A DNA stretch of 64,000 bases from Lytechinus pictus (Eukaryota): contig NC_087250.1 in the NCBI RefSeq assembly GCF_037042905.1, positions 6,326,001-6,390,000 of the forward strand, in the 5' to 3' direction. Under the pieces are notes generated by a model. That model was not told the origin of the DNA and did not search any database. It saw only the letters and a program-made list of their open reading frames with translations. Below are positions 50,580-63,556 of this stretch, piece after piece. Position numbers and translations under genes: made by a program. Each line of letters begins with the position of its first letter. Position 1 is the stretch's first letter.

Positions 50580-51689
50580 GTGTGTGTCCTTATTTTAAGA
50601 AATTCTATAAATATATAACTAGTAGCCGATTGGTTAGCTGGTGTGCCCTTTTTCACGAACAATCATTTACACGCGCGATATTTAATTTGTCTATTTGTAT
50701 TGAAGTGTTATTCCCCGAAGATGTTTAATCTTGTAGGACCTACTAATATAATAGGTGGATGGGTGACTAATCTATATTAATATGTCATATAATCGTCACC
50801 AATGGTTTAACGTCGTATGGATCGCCTTTGCCGACGACGTCCTACTTACGAAAGTGACTGGCGCGTATAATCTGGAGAGATTGAAGAGCGCCATCATATT
50901 CAACAACAACAACATGCGTGAATATTAAATCTTCTCTCATGAATCGTACTAGTAGTATTTTAATAACTTACATGTTTCTTTACAGATTTTTTGTGATACA
51001 ATCATCAAGAAATGGTGAATAATTTGTTTGATTTTACGTTGTACTCTTTTTCAATTAGACATATATATTATGTATGTATATAAATTTTATAAAACAAGAA
51101 TATATATTCCTAGCTTAAAATAATTAAAGAATCAATCTTGTTAGAAAAAGATGTATATCCTGTATTTTGAGAACAAATTGAATTTATTTAGAATTTAGTC
51201 ATAAAAATGTTTTCCTTCGTTTTTGTTAAGAGTTGTCAAGTGTATGAATGCGTTGATCACAATATATGCACATTCAAACCAAGCTTTGTAATTATGGTGT
51301 AATTTGATTTGATATCGCTCTTTAATTTATGATTATGAATCTAATATCTTACTATATTTAATTTTGTTTGATGAGAGAAGAGAATAAAAGATTATTAAAA
51401 AAAAAAGATGCAGCGCAGTACATGCATGTTGACCGGCTTGTTGGATATTCAATATTTAAACTGTAAAGATGGACAGTTTGATATTCAGGTTCGATATAAA
51501 AATGCGTGTGAAGTTGGACCAATATTCGATATTATATATCAAAAAAAGAATAAGGGTTTTGAAGGCTAGCTAGGGGGGTTAACAGGTAAAGCGCGTGTCG
51601 GGCAACCATAAAAACACTGGCATGCCCAAGTGTGAGGAGATTTTTGGAGGACCAACTTTAGTAAATAACATAGCATACTTTTTTTATGT

Positions 51690-52385
51690 CTTTTTCGAGG
51701 GGCCCAACTAGGATATCCCGAGGGCCTAGACGAGGCAATCAGGTATCATAACTTTAGAACTCGACTCGATAAACACTCGCTTGATCCGGTGCATGGGCTC
51801 AAATTAACAAAATTAAAGAAATAAAGGACTATTTAAAGCATTCTTAACTTGAAAAAATATTTTTTCAAAAGGCCCCAGGGATAAATCGACCGCCAAGTCG
51901 AGGCAACCATGTATTCTAACTTGTAGAAATTCGCGCGGGCAATCAGATTAGTACTAGCTTGACCCGATGCATTAACAACTAGGGGGCTCAAAATAACAAA
52001 ATTAAAGGAATAAAGGGTTATTTTTAGCATTAAAAAAAAAATGAATTTTCAAGTGGTCCCCAGGAAAATCCCGACGGCCTAGCCGCGGTAACCAGGTATC
52101 CTAACTTATAGAACTTGATTCGGGCGACCAGATAAACACTAACTTGACCCATTGCATGCACATTTAGGGGCTAAAAAATAACCAAAAAAAAATGAACATT
52201 TTTTTTATTCAAAAAAGGATTTTTTTTTTCATTGGAACCCAGGGATATCCCGACGGCTTAGCCGGGGTAACCAGGTATTCTAACTTGTAAAACTAAATTC
52301 GGGCAACCAGATAAAAATGACCATGACCCTGCACATGCACATTTAGGGGGCTCAAATTAACAAAATTAAAGAAATAAAGGAATGC
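51690..52385 (+). repeat. About 4 degenerate tandem units of ~170-190 bp
   Basis: Recurring cccagggatatcccgacggc..aaccaggtat..ggggctcaaattaacaaaattaaag. Confidence 0.7.
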
Positions 52386-52829
52386 ACGTGTATAACGATC
52401 TAAACGTAGAGGGCGCTCTTTAATATACTTGAAAGAAAGGACAAGTCGGCTCAGAGACGAGCAGAAACCGTACTCGATATGGCCGTTGGCTGTGCGAAAA
52501 CCAAAATCACAGAGCAGTAAGTGGAGCGCAAGTTTTCGATTTCGTTTTCGCTGTGTGCGTTTTTCCAAACAAAATCACCGAGCGGAAAGCGTATTCTTAT
52601 TTTTTTATGATATATAAAAACACAAATCTAGAATGAGAAATCAGAAAAAGCCCCAAAGTATTTTTGATTTAAATTTTCTCTTTTTGATCTAAAAGAACGA
52701 AATCACAACAGGTTTTTCTCGTTGTGATTTCGTTTTTTGTGTTTTCAAAGACCGAACCGCGGTGCTGATTTCCGTTTTTGCTCTGCGATGATTGGAAAGG
52801 AAAAACGAATTATCCATTAGTACCCTGAT

Positions 52830-53140
52830 TTGGCTGCCCGGTTCTGAGCTCGTTCAAGCCGTTGGATGTTTGCCGAAGGTGTACCAACTAACAGAGAGTT
52901 TGCATATTCAATTCTTGATGTAATCAAATCTCACACATGGTCGACGGAGTCAAATGCAGCAGAGAGGTCTAGAAAGAAAACAATTGTAACAAGTTTGTTG
53001 CCTATCGCTCGGAGTATGTCATGATGAACTATAAGAAAGCAGTCTCTGTACTATGGTCACGTCGGTAGGCTGACTGATTTTGAACATTCAGAAAATTTGT
53101 ATCCAGATAGTCCAAGATTTGGGACAAAGCAGCCATCTTG
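52830..53140 (-). mobile_element. L2-type RT fragment
   Basis: Minus-strand LDLSAAFDSVDH at ~52940-52975. Confidence 0.6.
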
Positions 53141-53807
53141 ATGAAACATTAGAGATATGTCAGGAATTTTTCAAAATTTCAAAGTTGTGGTGTGAATCAA
53201 CATATACCACCAATAATAACCTTTGACCTTAGTCATGTGACTTGAAACCTAAATAGACAAGACGTTTATATTAACTTGATCACCCTTATGTTCAAGTTTT
53301 GCGAACTAGGTTCGTATACTTTCCAAGCTTTAATGACATTTCAAAAACTTAACCCTGATTCCCCAACACGATCTAAGTTCATTGACTCTAAATGACCTTT
53401 AGTAATGCTTGATGACCATAATGTCCAAATTTCACGAAGTAGACCTATCTACCTTTAACATGTTCAAAGGTTGTGATAAGATTTCAAAAACTTAACCATT
53501 GGTCAAGATTTTATCCTGACGCCGCCGTCACCACCGTGTCAAAAGCGGCGACTATATAGTCTTGCTCTGCTATGCAGACGAAACAAAATGAATAAAACGG
53601 TAAAAACGCCGCGGGGGAATTGTGACTGAGGTATAAGATATCTATGGTTTCATGCTATAACTAGATATATACCAATTGGAAATGTACTTTTTCTTCTAGC
53701 AATTTGCAATTGAAATATATAAATGTATACTTGCTTCAAAACGTGTCATTTATTCCCTTAGTTGGCATTCAATTTTGAAATATGTTTAATGTTCTATTTT
53801 CTAATAG

Positions 53808-53867
53808 GTAAATACTTACAATCTAAAGATGAACTGAGCAACCAAGAGGCAGTACCCGGCGATTCAG
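53808..53867 (+). CDS. NLR 60-bp linker exon (G)KYLQSKDELSNQEAVPGDS
   Basis: ttttctaatag|GT..TCAG|gtaaac; symmetric phase 1/1, no stop, joins the DEATH and NACHT exons in frame. Confidence 0.7.
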
Positions 53868-54014
53868 GTAAACTAGAAAGACTGTCTTTTTCATTTCTTA
53901 GCCTTCCTTTTCGAAATTTATGGACGTTTCTCTTTCCTTTAATAAAAAACTTGCACTACGATAAAGCAGATATTCATCATCATGAATATATATCCCCATT
54001 CCATTTTACATAAT

Positions 54015-54200
54015 ACTAATAATAATAATAATTAGACTGATATCGCGCCAAATCAACTCTGTAGAGTGCTCAAGGCGGTTTTTAGGAAGTAATAAAATAA
54101 ATTAAGAATTAAAGATAAATGTTTTAAGATAATGTTTGAAAGTTTCAGAGGTCAATCACTATTTGATGTTTTCAGGGAGGCTATTCCATAACTTAGAAGA
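54015..54200 (-). mobile_element. 3' fragment of an L2 related to 18192-22925
   Basis: Reverse complement ccttgagcactctacagagttgatttggcgcg followed by (ATT)n. Confidence 0.75.
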
Positions 54201-54428
54201 TTAGTAAACAAATGATCCCCCCCATCTACCTCTCTTCATTGTTCTTATACAATCGATGACTTATCAGTTAGTGGTGCCGTATTTTTCTTCTGCAATTTTA
54301 TGTTATTTTTGTACTTTATTTTTACACTTTTTGATGCACTTCCTATTTTAGATTCTTTTTAAAGCAATAATTAAAGAAATTGATACAATGAAAGCGGCAG
54401 TCTGTAATGAGTAATCCCATATATATAC

Positions 54429-54464
<36 letters not shown>

Positions 54465-54807
54465 ATAATCACAAATGGTTTAAAAAATGCCGTAGAAATA
54501 AAATCGTAGATTTTAAAAGGAGCATAGCTCTCAAAAATGAAAGGTAAAGTTACACTGTTCGTCAGTGCCCATGATGTGACAAATAAGAGAATTCAAAATC
54601 CGTTTCTGAAACAGGTCTGTTCATGGGCATACAGATTGTGAAACTCACCTTTCAAAGAAATCAATGCGCTGAATATGGAAGAAACGCACTGTTAAAGACG
54701 CACCTAAAGACGCGTTGCCATGACTGCAAGATGACGATGGCGAATCTCCGGCTCTGAAACAGGAAAATCTGAAAAGGGCCTCACCGCCAACAGTCGAAGC
54801 AGACATT

Positions 54808-54809
<2 letters not shown>

Positions 54810-54883
<74 letters not shown>

Positions 54884-54887
54884 ATAT
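54810..54887. repeat. (TA)n microsatellite
   Basis: Seen directly in the sequence. Confidence 0.95.
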
Positions 54888-55493
54888 GAAAAGTTTAGTT
54901 GCAAAAGAGGTTATGTCCACTTTTGAAATCTACCTGTCTTCACTTTTTTATTTATATATATTTTTTTAAATTATCATTGTGGACCTAACCCCTTTTGCAA
55001 GTAAACTGAAATGAATCAAATCTCTTTTGATTAAAAAAGTGATTTTTCTTTGCCACTTTCATTCACGTTTTTATTTGAATTTCAACTTTTCTTTGGTATC
55101 ATCTTATAGAGTTACTAAAAATCTATACATTAAGACATATAAATCAAATTTGATGAAAAATGGACCTAACCCCTTTTGCAAGTGAGCTCTTCATAATATA
55201 TATATATATATAAATGTGTGAAATTATTCATATACAACAGCTTTGGCAACTCATTTATTTAAATATTTTGTGAAAGAGATGGATGAAGAGAGCAATGGTA
55301 GGCGTAGCTTAAATCAAGGTTCCCCGGAGCTATCTACCCTTTAGAAAAATTGGCAATGCCGAAAAAATGTATCTGCAGGGAATCGAATGTTCAAAACCTA
55401 TCTACACCCAACAAAGGAAATTATAATTGGTATAGTGTCGAAAATCTGTCTATCTGACGGTCAATCGGATCGGGTCGCCCTAGCCACTAACCC

Positions 55494-55564
55494 ATCTCTG
55501 TGGTCTAGTGGTTAAGGCACCGGCGTTCAAAGCTGGGGCCCGGGTTTGATTCCCTGCAGAGACA
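55494..55564 (+). other. tRNA-like cloverleaf (probable tRNA-derived repeat or pseudogene), nominal anticodon TCA
   Basis: A-box TGGTCTAGTGG, mutated B-box GGTTTGATTCC, stems atctctg/cagagac, gtct/aggc, ccggc/gctgg; followed by TTTTT. Confidence 0.6.
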
Positions 55565-55840
55565 TTTTTCGGCATTACCAATGGGTATGGGTGACCCAGG
55601 TAGAGAGAAAACAAATGCCCCACCCCCACCCCCCCCCCCTACAGGAAAATACTGCATCCAGCTAGGGCCTCCCTAGCTCGTAGCACTATACATGTAGGTT
55701 GTAAAAAAATAATTTGTTCAGATTACATATTGTACAATACTAAGCGTGGTATTAAAAAAATGTAATGTTCCACCTGTTATCGTCGTTATCATTTTCATTT
55801 CAACTCTCTAATGTCGGTTTAAGGACGTTCCACAGTTACG

Positions 55841-58800
55841 TTTTTTTCTTTTTCAAGATTCTTTATTTCTCAACTCATTCCATACATAAGTAGCATATGC
55901 ACGGATGCATCGTAATTGAAAACAATAGCATTCATTTAAAACAATTCAAATAAATGGTTCATTTTGTATACAAAATATTCAATTTTTTTCGATGCACGTT
56001 CATCAAATTACGTTTAAAAGCAATAATTCTCTCGGTTGTTTCAAGTTTTTCCAAACCAAGCATAAAAAGAGCAAGAGTGGGTTTTATATTTCTGTATTTA
56101 CAAGAATAAATGAAATATCTTGCAAACAACACAATAATATTGCTAAGATGAAAATTATTGAGGGTTATAACTCCAAAACAAATTTCAATGTCACTGAATT
56201 GTGTACTTCTTATATGCTTCGCCTTCAACCACTCGTGAACTTCGTTCCAAAATGAAATTACATATTTACATCTAAGAAATAGATGAGCAATTGTTTGAAC
56301 GTGGTTTGCACAGAAATTACATAAAAGAGAATCGTTAACTCCAATTTGAAATAAAAAAATCTTGTGTTGAAATTCTTCTGTAAATGAATTTAAATTGGAA
56401 GTTTCGAAGTCTATTGTCAATTGATGACTTATACAAAAGAGGGAAGCGAGAGTTCCAAATATGAGAGTCTGACAAATTATCACTCAAATCATCTTGCCAT
56501 TAGATTTCTTGGTTCATAGAAAGGGACATGTTCCTTTCTAAAAAAGTATTATAACACAATTTCGTAACCTTTTTACTTTTCGTAAAATGTCCTAATCTTT
56601 CATCTACCATGTGATCATCGTGATTGATGTCATGGACATTTTTTATTAATTTTTTCCATTCTAAAGATATAGCATGTAAAAAAGAAAAATAGCATAAAAA
56701 CGATTCATTTCCAAAGTTATTACATATTTGTTCATATGTCATAAATGAACCGTCTACATTTAAAACATCTTTGACATATCGCATACCAGCTTGGAACCAG
56801 TTTCTGTATAAAATAATTTTTTTATCAACTTTGATATGTGAGTTAAGCCAAAGAGTTTGAGAGATAATTTTTTTTTTAATTTTACAGGGTTGTAGTATTT
56901 ATAAAAAAGTCCATGCATAAAGAACGTCTTTCCAAAATACATTATCAAAGTTGATATGCAAATCAACAGACTTCATATTACATTGAAAGAAAAAAACATC
57001 GTCAAACCTGTCAAGTAACCGTTTCAAAAACAGTTTCCACTTCCCATTATTGTCCGTGTCTAAGTAACGCTTTACCCAAGCTGTTTTTATTGCATAATTA
57101 AAATTCAACACATGCGGCATTATAAGCCCGCCTTCTTTATAATCGTTGTAAAGTAAAGATCTTTTTATCCTATCTGGCTTGTTACTCCATAGGAAGTTAA
57201 ATAAGAGTTGTTGCAGTTCAACAAAAAAGGGGTGTGGTGGATTCGGTATTATACCAAATACTTACAGGGGCGTAGACAACGGGGGGGATGGCATGTACAA
57301 TCATCCCCCCAGGTTTTGGGGAATGATATTTGGTTACTTAATAAGTCATAATGATGATAATAATAGTAATAATAATAATGATAAGAATTATAATATTAAT
57401 AATAATAATAATTATGATGATGATAATAATAATCCTCATCATTATTGTAATTGTGTTTATTGTTATTAGCCGTTATGGTTCCGATTTCTTCACAAACTTA
57501 CAAAGCAGTATTGTTACTCCATGGATCATAGTGATACTGTTTATGTTTTTGTATCTGTATGTTAATGAGCCGCCAGCCAATATCCATCTATGGATACTAT
57601 GCCTGTTTCTTTGAGGTAAAAAAAAAGCATAGTATATACGTATTCATTATGCTTTATAATGAACAGACATATTGTTATTTGTTTGTTGTTTATGTGTTCT
57701 TTTCACAAATGGCCACAGAGGCTGTTTTCATTCATAACCACATACCCATATCAAGACAACAAAGACTATACCTGCGTGTACACAGTTGACATTGGTTTTT
57801 TTTCTGAAGAGGTGTAACAGCAAAATTCACAGAGATAAATAAATACGTAGTGTGGTTCAATATGCAATACTATGTGTCAGTCCATTCTGTATTCGTATAT
57901 GCCACGGTGTGTAGATCTTGTCGATGTATGTCTGTCCATTCAAGGCGTAGTATGTGTGTGGTGCGCGCACCCGTGTGTGTGTGTGTGTGAGTATGTGTGT
58001 GTGTGCATGCGCGCTTGTGTGTGTTATTTTACCTCATTAAGTATGCATCAGATTGCACGATTTCAAGTTCAAAATTGCAAAAGCTCCCTACCGTGGGAGG
58101 GGGAACACCCCCACACCCTCCCCCCGCTCGGTCGCTTCGCTCCCTCGCTCGGGCGCTTCACGCCCTCACTAGCGTTGGCAGCCCAGTCATCCCCCCCAGG
58201 TGTAGTGACCTGTCTACGCCACTGCAAATACGTATATAAATTTCGGGATTATAAGCGTTTTTATAATCAAATTTTGCCGTATAGGGTAAGAGTTCTTAGA
58301 TTCCAAATGCGAAGTGTCGATTTCACTTCTTTTAGTTTTGTTTGTAATTGAGTTCATAATAATTATGGAAATCGTTTAGTGGAATTTTTATACCAAGATA
58401 CAAAATGAAATCACTTGGCCATGAGAAAGGAGTATCTCGACAAAGAAAACCTTCAAAATTACCAAGTCTAACGACGTTACATTTATCAATATTAACTTTC
58501 AGTCCTGACATAGAGTTAAAATCATTCAAAACTTTAAAACACATCTGCAAATTGGATTCGGTGGGATGGAGTAAAATCACAGTATCGTCTGCATATTGGC
58601 TTAATTTTAATTCTTTATTTTCTATGGAGATTCCTTTTTATATTCTTATGTTGACGAATCATTACACCTAGAATTTCTAATACCAAAAGAAAAAGATAGG
58701 GAGAGAGGGGGCACCCCTGTCTTACTCCTCGCTTTATTGGAAAAGGGTTTGAGGAGAATCCGTTATTGATGACACATCCTTCAATGTTAGAGTATAACAA

Positions 58801-59340
58801 TTGTACCCAACGTACAGAACATTCATCAAAACCAAACTTTCGTAATACTGTATACAAAAACTTCCAATCAACCATGTCAAATGCTTTTTCGAAATCTATA
58901 CAGAGTGCAACACCCGGTATATTTCTATATTTACAATAATCCTCATCCTCCATACATCATCGTCAATGTTTGGGCCGTACACATTGACCACGGTAACCGG
59001 TGTACTATTCACTTTCAAAATAATTATAAGAATCCTTCCCGAATCATCACGTGTAACATTTAAAATATCATAAGCAGCAGAAGGTTTAAACAACATACAT
59101 ACTCCTGCACTGTCCGATCTACCGTGACTAAATACAATTTTATAACCCCATTCTTGACACCATACCTTTTCAGTGTTTAGAGTGCTATGTGTTTCTTGAA
59201 ATAAGATAAGATGAAAATCAGAGATTCTAATCCAATTAAATATACATCGTCTTTTAAAAGAATTGCCTAACCCTCTCACGTTAAGAGTGCATATTTTTAT
59301 GTCAATTACATTTTCTGTCATAACATAGTAAGATTGTAAG
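55841..59340 (-). mobile_element. Antisense L1/Tx1 LINE, internally deleted and decayed
   Basis: ICTLNVRGL, FQETHS, NVYGPN; IDFEKAFD, GVRQGCPLSPYLF, YADD-like site ~58590; CNFC..QTIAHLF; A-rich tail ~55845. Confidence 0.9.
57265..58224. mobile_element. CAGGGGCGTAGAC...GTCTACGCCACTG element inserted in the L1
   Basis: 13-bp imperfect TIR; flanking duplication caaatactta/caaatacgta; removing it restores PKFIYVFGIIPNPP. Confidence 0.75.
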
Positions 59341-60846
59341 TATGCTTATAATTCTACAAGTAATAATGAATTTATGCATGGAATTACATACAAATAAACT
59401 TGCATATTCGTTCTTCAGAAAGAGTTAAGATTTTATCATAGACTTATAGGATTGTATGGAAAAAACAAGAAAAAAGTAAAACATTGAATAAAAAACGAAC
59501 ATTGTAGATTTATACTAATGCACGCTTAAGAAAAAAATTACAAGAGGATTCAATTTAATTCCCTTTCAGGTTCAAAAGGAGAGCAGGGACAGTTTATGTA
59601 TTATGCCTTCAAGATAAATTACTGCTTAACAATACAAAAGTCAAAGTGAGCATCTGACTCGAATATACAGAGAAAATACTTCCAACAAGTATCCATTGTA
59701 TTGTTATTTTATGAATTTGTTTGATTGATTGATATAACTGGTGAAAGTAAATTATAGTAACTTTTTTTGTAAAGTTACTTTAAGCCTGATCCTAACTTCA
59801 CAGTTTTATAAGTCTGACACTCGTAATGTTTCTAGAGCACCAGGAGTGTCCTTTGGTCCATTTGGTCCATCAACATTAACATGGAATCAAACACACCTCT
59901 GCACAAGCAAACACATAACAAACAAACAAACATAGGTATTTCAAACCACGACTCAAACCATGTTATCTCACAGTACCATCACGACAGAAACAGGGGCTAG
60001 ATTTGACTGGATTTTTTTTTCTGTATTGACACAGAAAAAAGAATCATGTTCTGTATTGACCCTTCATGACTATTTCTGCTCGTTTTGCAGCTTTCAATTC
60101 AGACCTCATCCAACACTTTTAAAACCTGCTCTTTTTACGATGGCATAATCATAACAAGCATGGTATCATTTTAAAGAGAATTAAATGATCTTTTAAATTA
60201 TGTAAAATATGCATTGTGTAAAATTGGGAGTTGGGATAGATTACAAGTGAGAAAAATACCAACATGTCGTATATTTTTTAATTCCCAGGACTTTTTCAAA
60301 GTGTTAACTTTTTTTTGATACGCACTGTATAATGTAAAAGGGTCATTGACCTTTTAAAAGCTATGGCCTCACATTCTAAGTAATTAATTTTATTTATTTT
60401 AGATGAAATAATGTGAGGATTTCATTACAACGTGCAGCACCAGAACGAGTGAATTCTATGACACATACCTTTCTTTTTTTATTTAGCTCTCTCTCTACTA
60501 CCCTTTCTATTTTCTTCTTTTCCCATTTTCGAATTCACGAATTGTAAAATCATAGAGTGACGCGACGACGTCGTATTTGCTATTCTGATATGTATTATGC
60601 TATATAGAACATAATACTTATTTGCCTTATTTACAAAGTCTACGCTGTTGTGATTATCATTGATATTCTCACCAGCTTGCTAAATGATTAAATGATAACA
60701 TTAACGTTTGTTTTCCCTATAGCGTTACGCCGGGGTAAACTATAAATTTATTTATGTTCATTGCAGACAAGCTCCGAGATTACAGATGTACTTACCTGGC
60801 GTGTTTTGTTTATTAACATATCGCGTTATTTTGTATTTTCCTTCAG

Positions 60847-62429
60847 ATATATTTGGCAAGAAGATCTCAGAATCGTTGACCGTTGGACGATGTCGTGAGA
60901 AATTGAGACACAAGTACCTCGATAAACTGTGCAAAATTCAACTTAAGCCCTGGGATAAATCAGATTACGCTGAGCTCAAAGATTTGCATACGGTCGTAAA
61001 AATGATGAGGAAAGACTCGAGTGGAAGAGATACCAAAAAGAAAGAAGAATTGGAAGGCTCTGTTGATAAAATATTTTCTACGAAAGTAAACGGGAGACTG
61101 CCATCTCGAATCCTCATTTCAGCTCCAGCTGGAGTAGGGAAGACAACAGCTGTTGCAAAGATAGCGTATGACTGGGCAAAAGAAAAAGAAGAATCAGCAT
61201 TGGAGCAGTTGCCACTTCTATTTGCTGTTAAATTTCGTAACACAAGCCACAGGACATCGATTGGGGAAGCCATCAAAACTCAGCTTTTAAGCGACGTTCA
61301 AGATCTCTCACCGGATGGTATAGAGAGTTTCATCCGTGAAAATGAAGAGATCTGTCACATTATCCTAGACGGACTGGATGAATATGCAGGTATTTCGTCA
61401 CTGAACAATATTGTCAGCGTCATTCGATGTGACGAGTTTCCACAATGCCGCGTGCTTGTAACAACACGCCCTCATCTAGAAAGCTACTTCAATCAAGATG
61501 ACCTTCCGAGGGTATACACTAAGATGTGGATCGAAGGATTTTCGATGGAGAGATCCAAAAAGTACATCGACAGATTTTTCAAACTGAATTTGAGCGACGA
61601 AAAGGGTGAACAGCTGAAAGAATACCTCAAAGACCAACCACTCTTCGGTGAACTTGCCAAAACACCTCTCTTTTGTCTTATGATCTGTCACCTGTGGAGT
61701 GAAGATCAACTAGGTAGTGATGTCAGTACCCAAACAGATTTGTTTGACAGCGTGAATAAATTTTTAATGCATCATGCAAACGCTCGCTTAGGGTCAACCA
61801 CGTCAAGGCTAACCTACACTCACAAAAACTTAAATAGGATAGTTAAGGAAATTGGCAGAGTTGCGCTCTACGGTCTACTCGATGATGCCAAGAAACTAAT
61901 CTTTACGCTTCCAGATTTCCGTAAAATTCCTCATATCCTTGATAAGGCATGCGAGCTCGGAATAATTTCCAAGACGACAGTGCCAATCACAAACCTTCCT
62001 CAGTCCGACGAGACCACTTCCACTCAAATTGAATTTTATCACAAATTAGCACAAGAACATTCGGCGGGTAAATTCATCGCTAGTGCAACACGGCGCTTAC
62101 TATTACGGTTAAGAGTATCTAAGTTGGACCGAATCTTGTGGAAGATTAATTCAAACATCGGAGACTATGAGGAACTCATCCGATTTGCTGCTGGCACAAA
62201 CAGGCATCTAGGAATACGAATAATGGAAGCACTCCTTGCAAACGAGCATTTGGAAGGGAAGGAACGGTACCGCATTCTACTTGACTGTTCATCAGAGTCC
62301 AAGGATAGTGGAGGAAACATGTCTTCGTTGGTTCAAAGATGCGTCACTGCACAGAGTATCATTCTGAAGTCACCAACTATGTATACTGTCGTTGGGCTTA
62401 AAAACCTTCCGAAGCAACTGCAACATGAG
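60847..62429 (+). CDS. NLR NACHT exon (NTPase + HD1/WHD/HD2)
   Basis: ccttcag|AT acceptor (phase 1) and GAG|gtatct donor (phase 0); Walker A APAGVGKTT, Walker B IILDGLDEY, sensor VLVTTRP, TPLF, WHD FYHKLAQE. Confidence 0.95.
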
Positions 62430-62768
62430 GTATCTAAAGCCAAAATGTACATTCCTCTTTTCAACAAAGAAAAACAAACCTGAATGTCATTTAATTTCAC
62501 ATTTTCTTTTCCCTTAACTCTTTGCACGTTGAATATGATTTTGGGGGAATTATAATGAAATTGTTTCCATGTTATTTTCTTTAATTTAAAATTTTCATAT
62601 TGCACCATTGATAGTTATTATTATCATATAGATATTATGAAAGAAGTATTGCCTTTTATTAACTCATCTAATTTGAAAGTAGGGGAGAAAACTAATCATT
62701 GCGATTGTTGGAATTTAATTATACGAATGTGCAAGATTGCAGCATCAGGGCACAAAGGGTTAATACTA

Positions 62769-62970
62769 CACTCTAAAAAAGGTTTACCCAATACTGAGTA
62801 AAATGGGAACATGCATGTTGGTTGAGTAAAAAGATACCAAATATTTTGTAAATTTTACGCAATTTTGCGTTGAAATAGCCCAATGTGGGGTAAAAAAAAA
62901 TACTCAGCAAACATGCATGTTCCCTTAATACCCAATATTGGGTAAAATTCTACTCAGTGTTTTTAGAGTG
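62769..62970. mobile_element. MITE CACTCTAAAAA...TTTTTAGAGTG
   Basis: TIR with TA on both flanks and internally palindromic arms. Confidence 0.75.
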
Positions 62971-63020
62971 TACCATGTTCATAATGTATGTTTTTCTCAC
63001 TCACCCCCATCTCATACTAG

Positions 63021-63556
63021 GTGAGGACAATGAGGTTCGTGGAGTCTGTGCTTACGGCTGACGTGACCAGACGAATGTGGTCCTGTCTCAAAACATTTCC
63101 TAACTTACATACCATCAGCATCAGAGACACTTCTTTAAGTGTTCCATCACCTCTTCCTAAGCTCTCGTCATTTACTAAGCTGTCAGCCGACAAAATGACG
63201 CCTAGCTGTTACCAAAACGTACTCGCGTCTCTACCTAATGCAAGGGGCCTTAATGTATCAATCGCGATCGAAGATACGAGCAACACTTTCGAGATAACAA
63301 CCGATACCAAGCGTATGCAACAAATTGTATATCGTCAACACGATATCAACACGATCAATGTGACACTTCAACAATGCGTGTCACAGTCATTGGGTGAAGT
63401 CAATTTGGGATTGAAATCTAGAGGGCTCGCCCTTCTATTTGGGGGACAATCTCGGAATCAGCACCTACTATCTGTTTCTGGTGATATGGGCAGATACGGA
63501 GAAACCCTGGTTGACCTGTTGGCCAAGACGACACAACTTACCAACTTGAATTCTCC
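63021..63556 (+). CDS. NLR exon entering the LRR region; the gene continues beyond the window
   Basis: catactag|GTG acceptor (phase 0) and CC|gtaagt donor (phase 2); LRR-like LKTFPNLHTISI and TQLTNLNS. Confidence 0.8.

Larger units (their letters stand above)
45395..50913 (+). mobile_element. I-group (Nimb/I-like) LINE with RNase H, near full length, decayed
   Basis: 5' UTR, ORF1, then APE-RT-RNase H ORF2; 3' ggcgc..gcgcc stem and (CAA)n tail at 50901-50913. Confidence 0.9.

Noticed and set aside
60767..60787. Extra 21-bp exon before NACHT
   Set aside because: The acceptor is plausible, but the donor (gtactt) is weak and the intron would be only 59 nt
60786..60846. NACHT ORF start at ATG 60786
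   Set aside because: It lies in intronic polypyrimidine sequence upstream of the acceptor at 60846
61122..61148. Walker A APAGVGKT as an inactivating change
   Set aside because: It still fits [AG]xxxxGK[ST], and Walker B is intact
43617..62763. piggyBac-like TTAA-CCCTTTG ends bracketing the NACHT exon
   Set aside because: The two ends match for only about 7 bp beyond TTAA and are probably unrelated fragments
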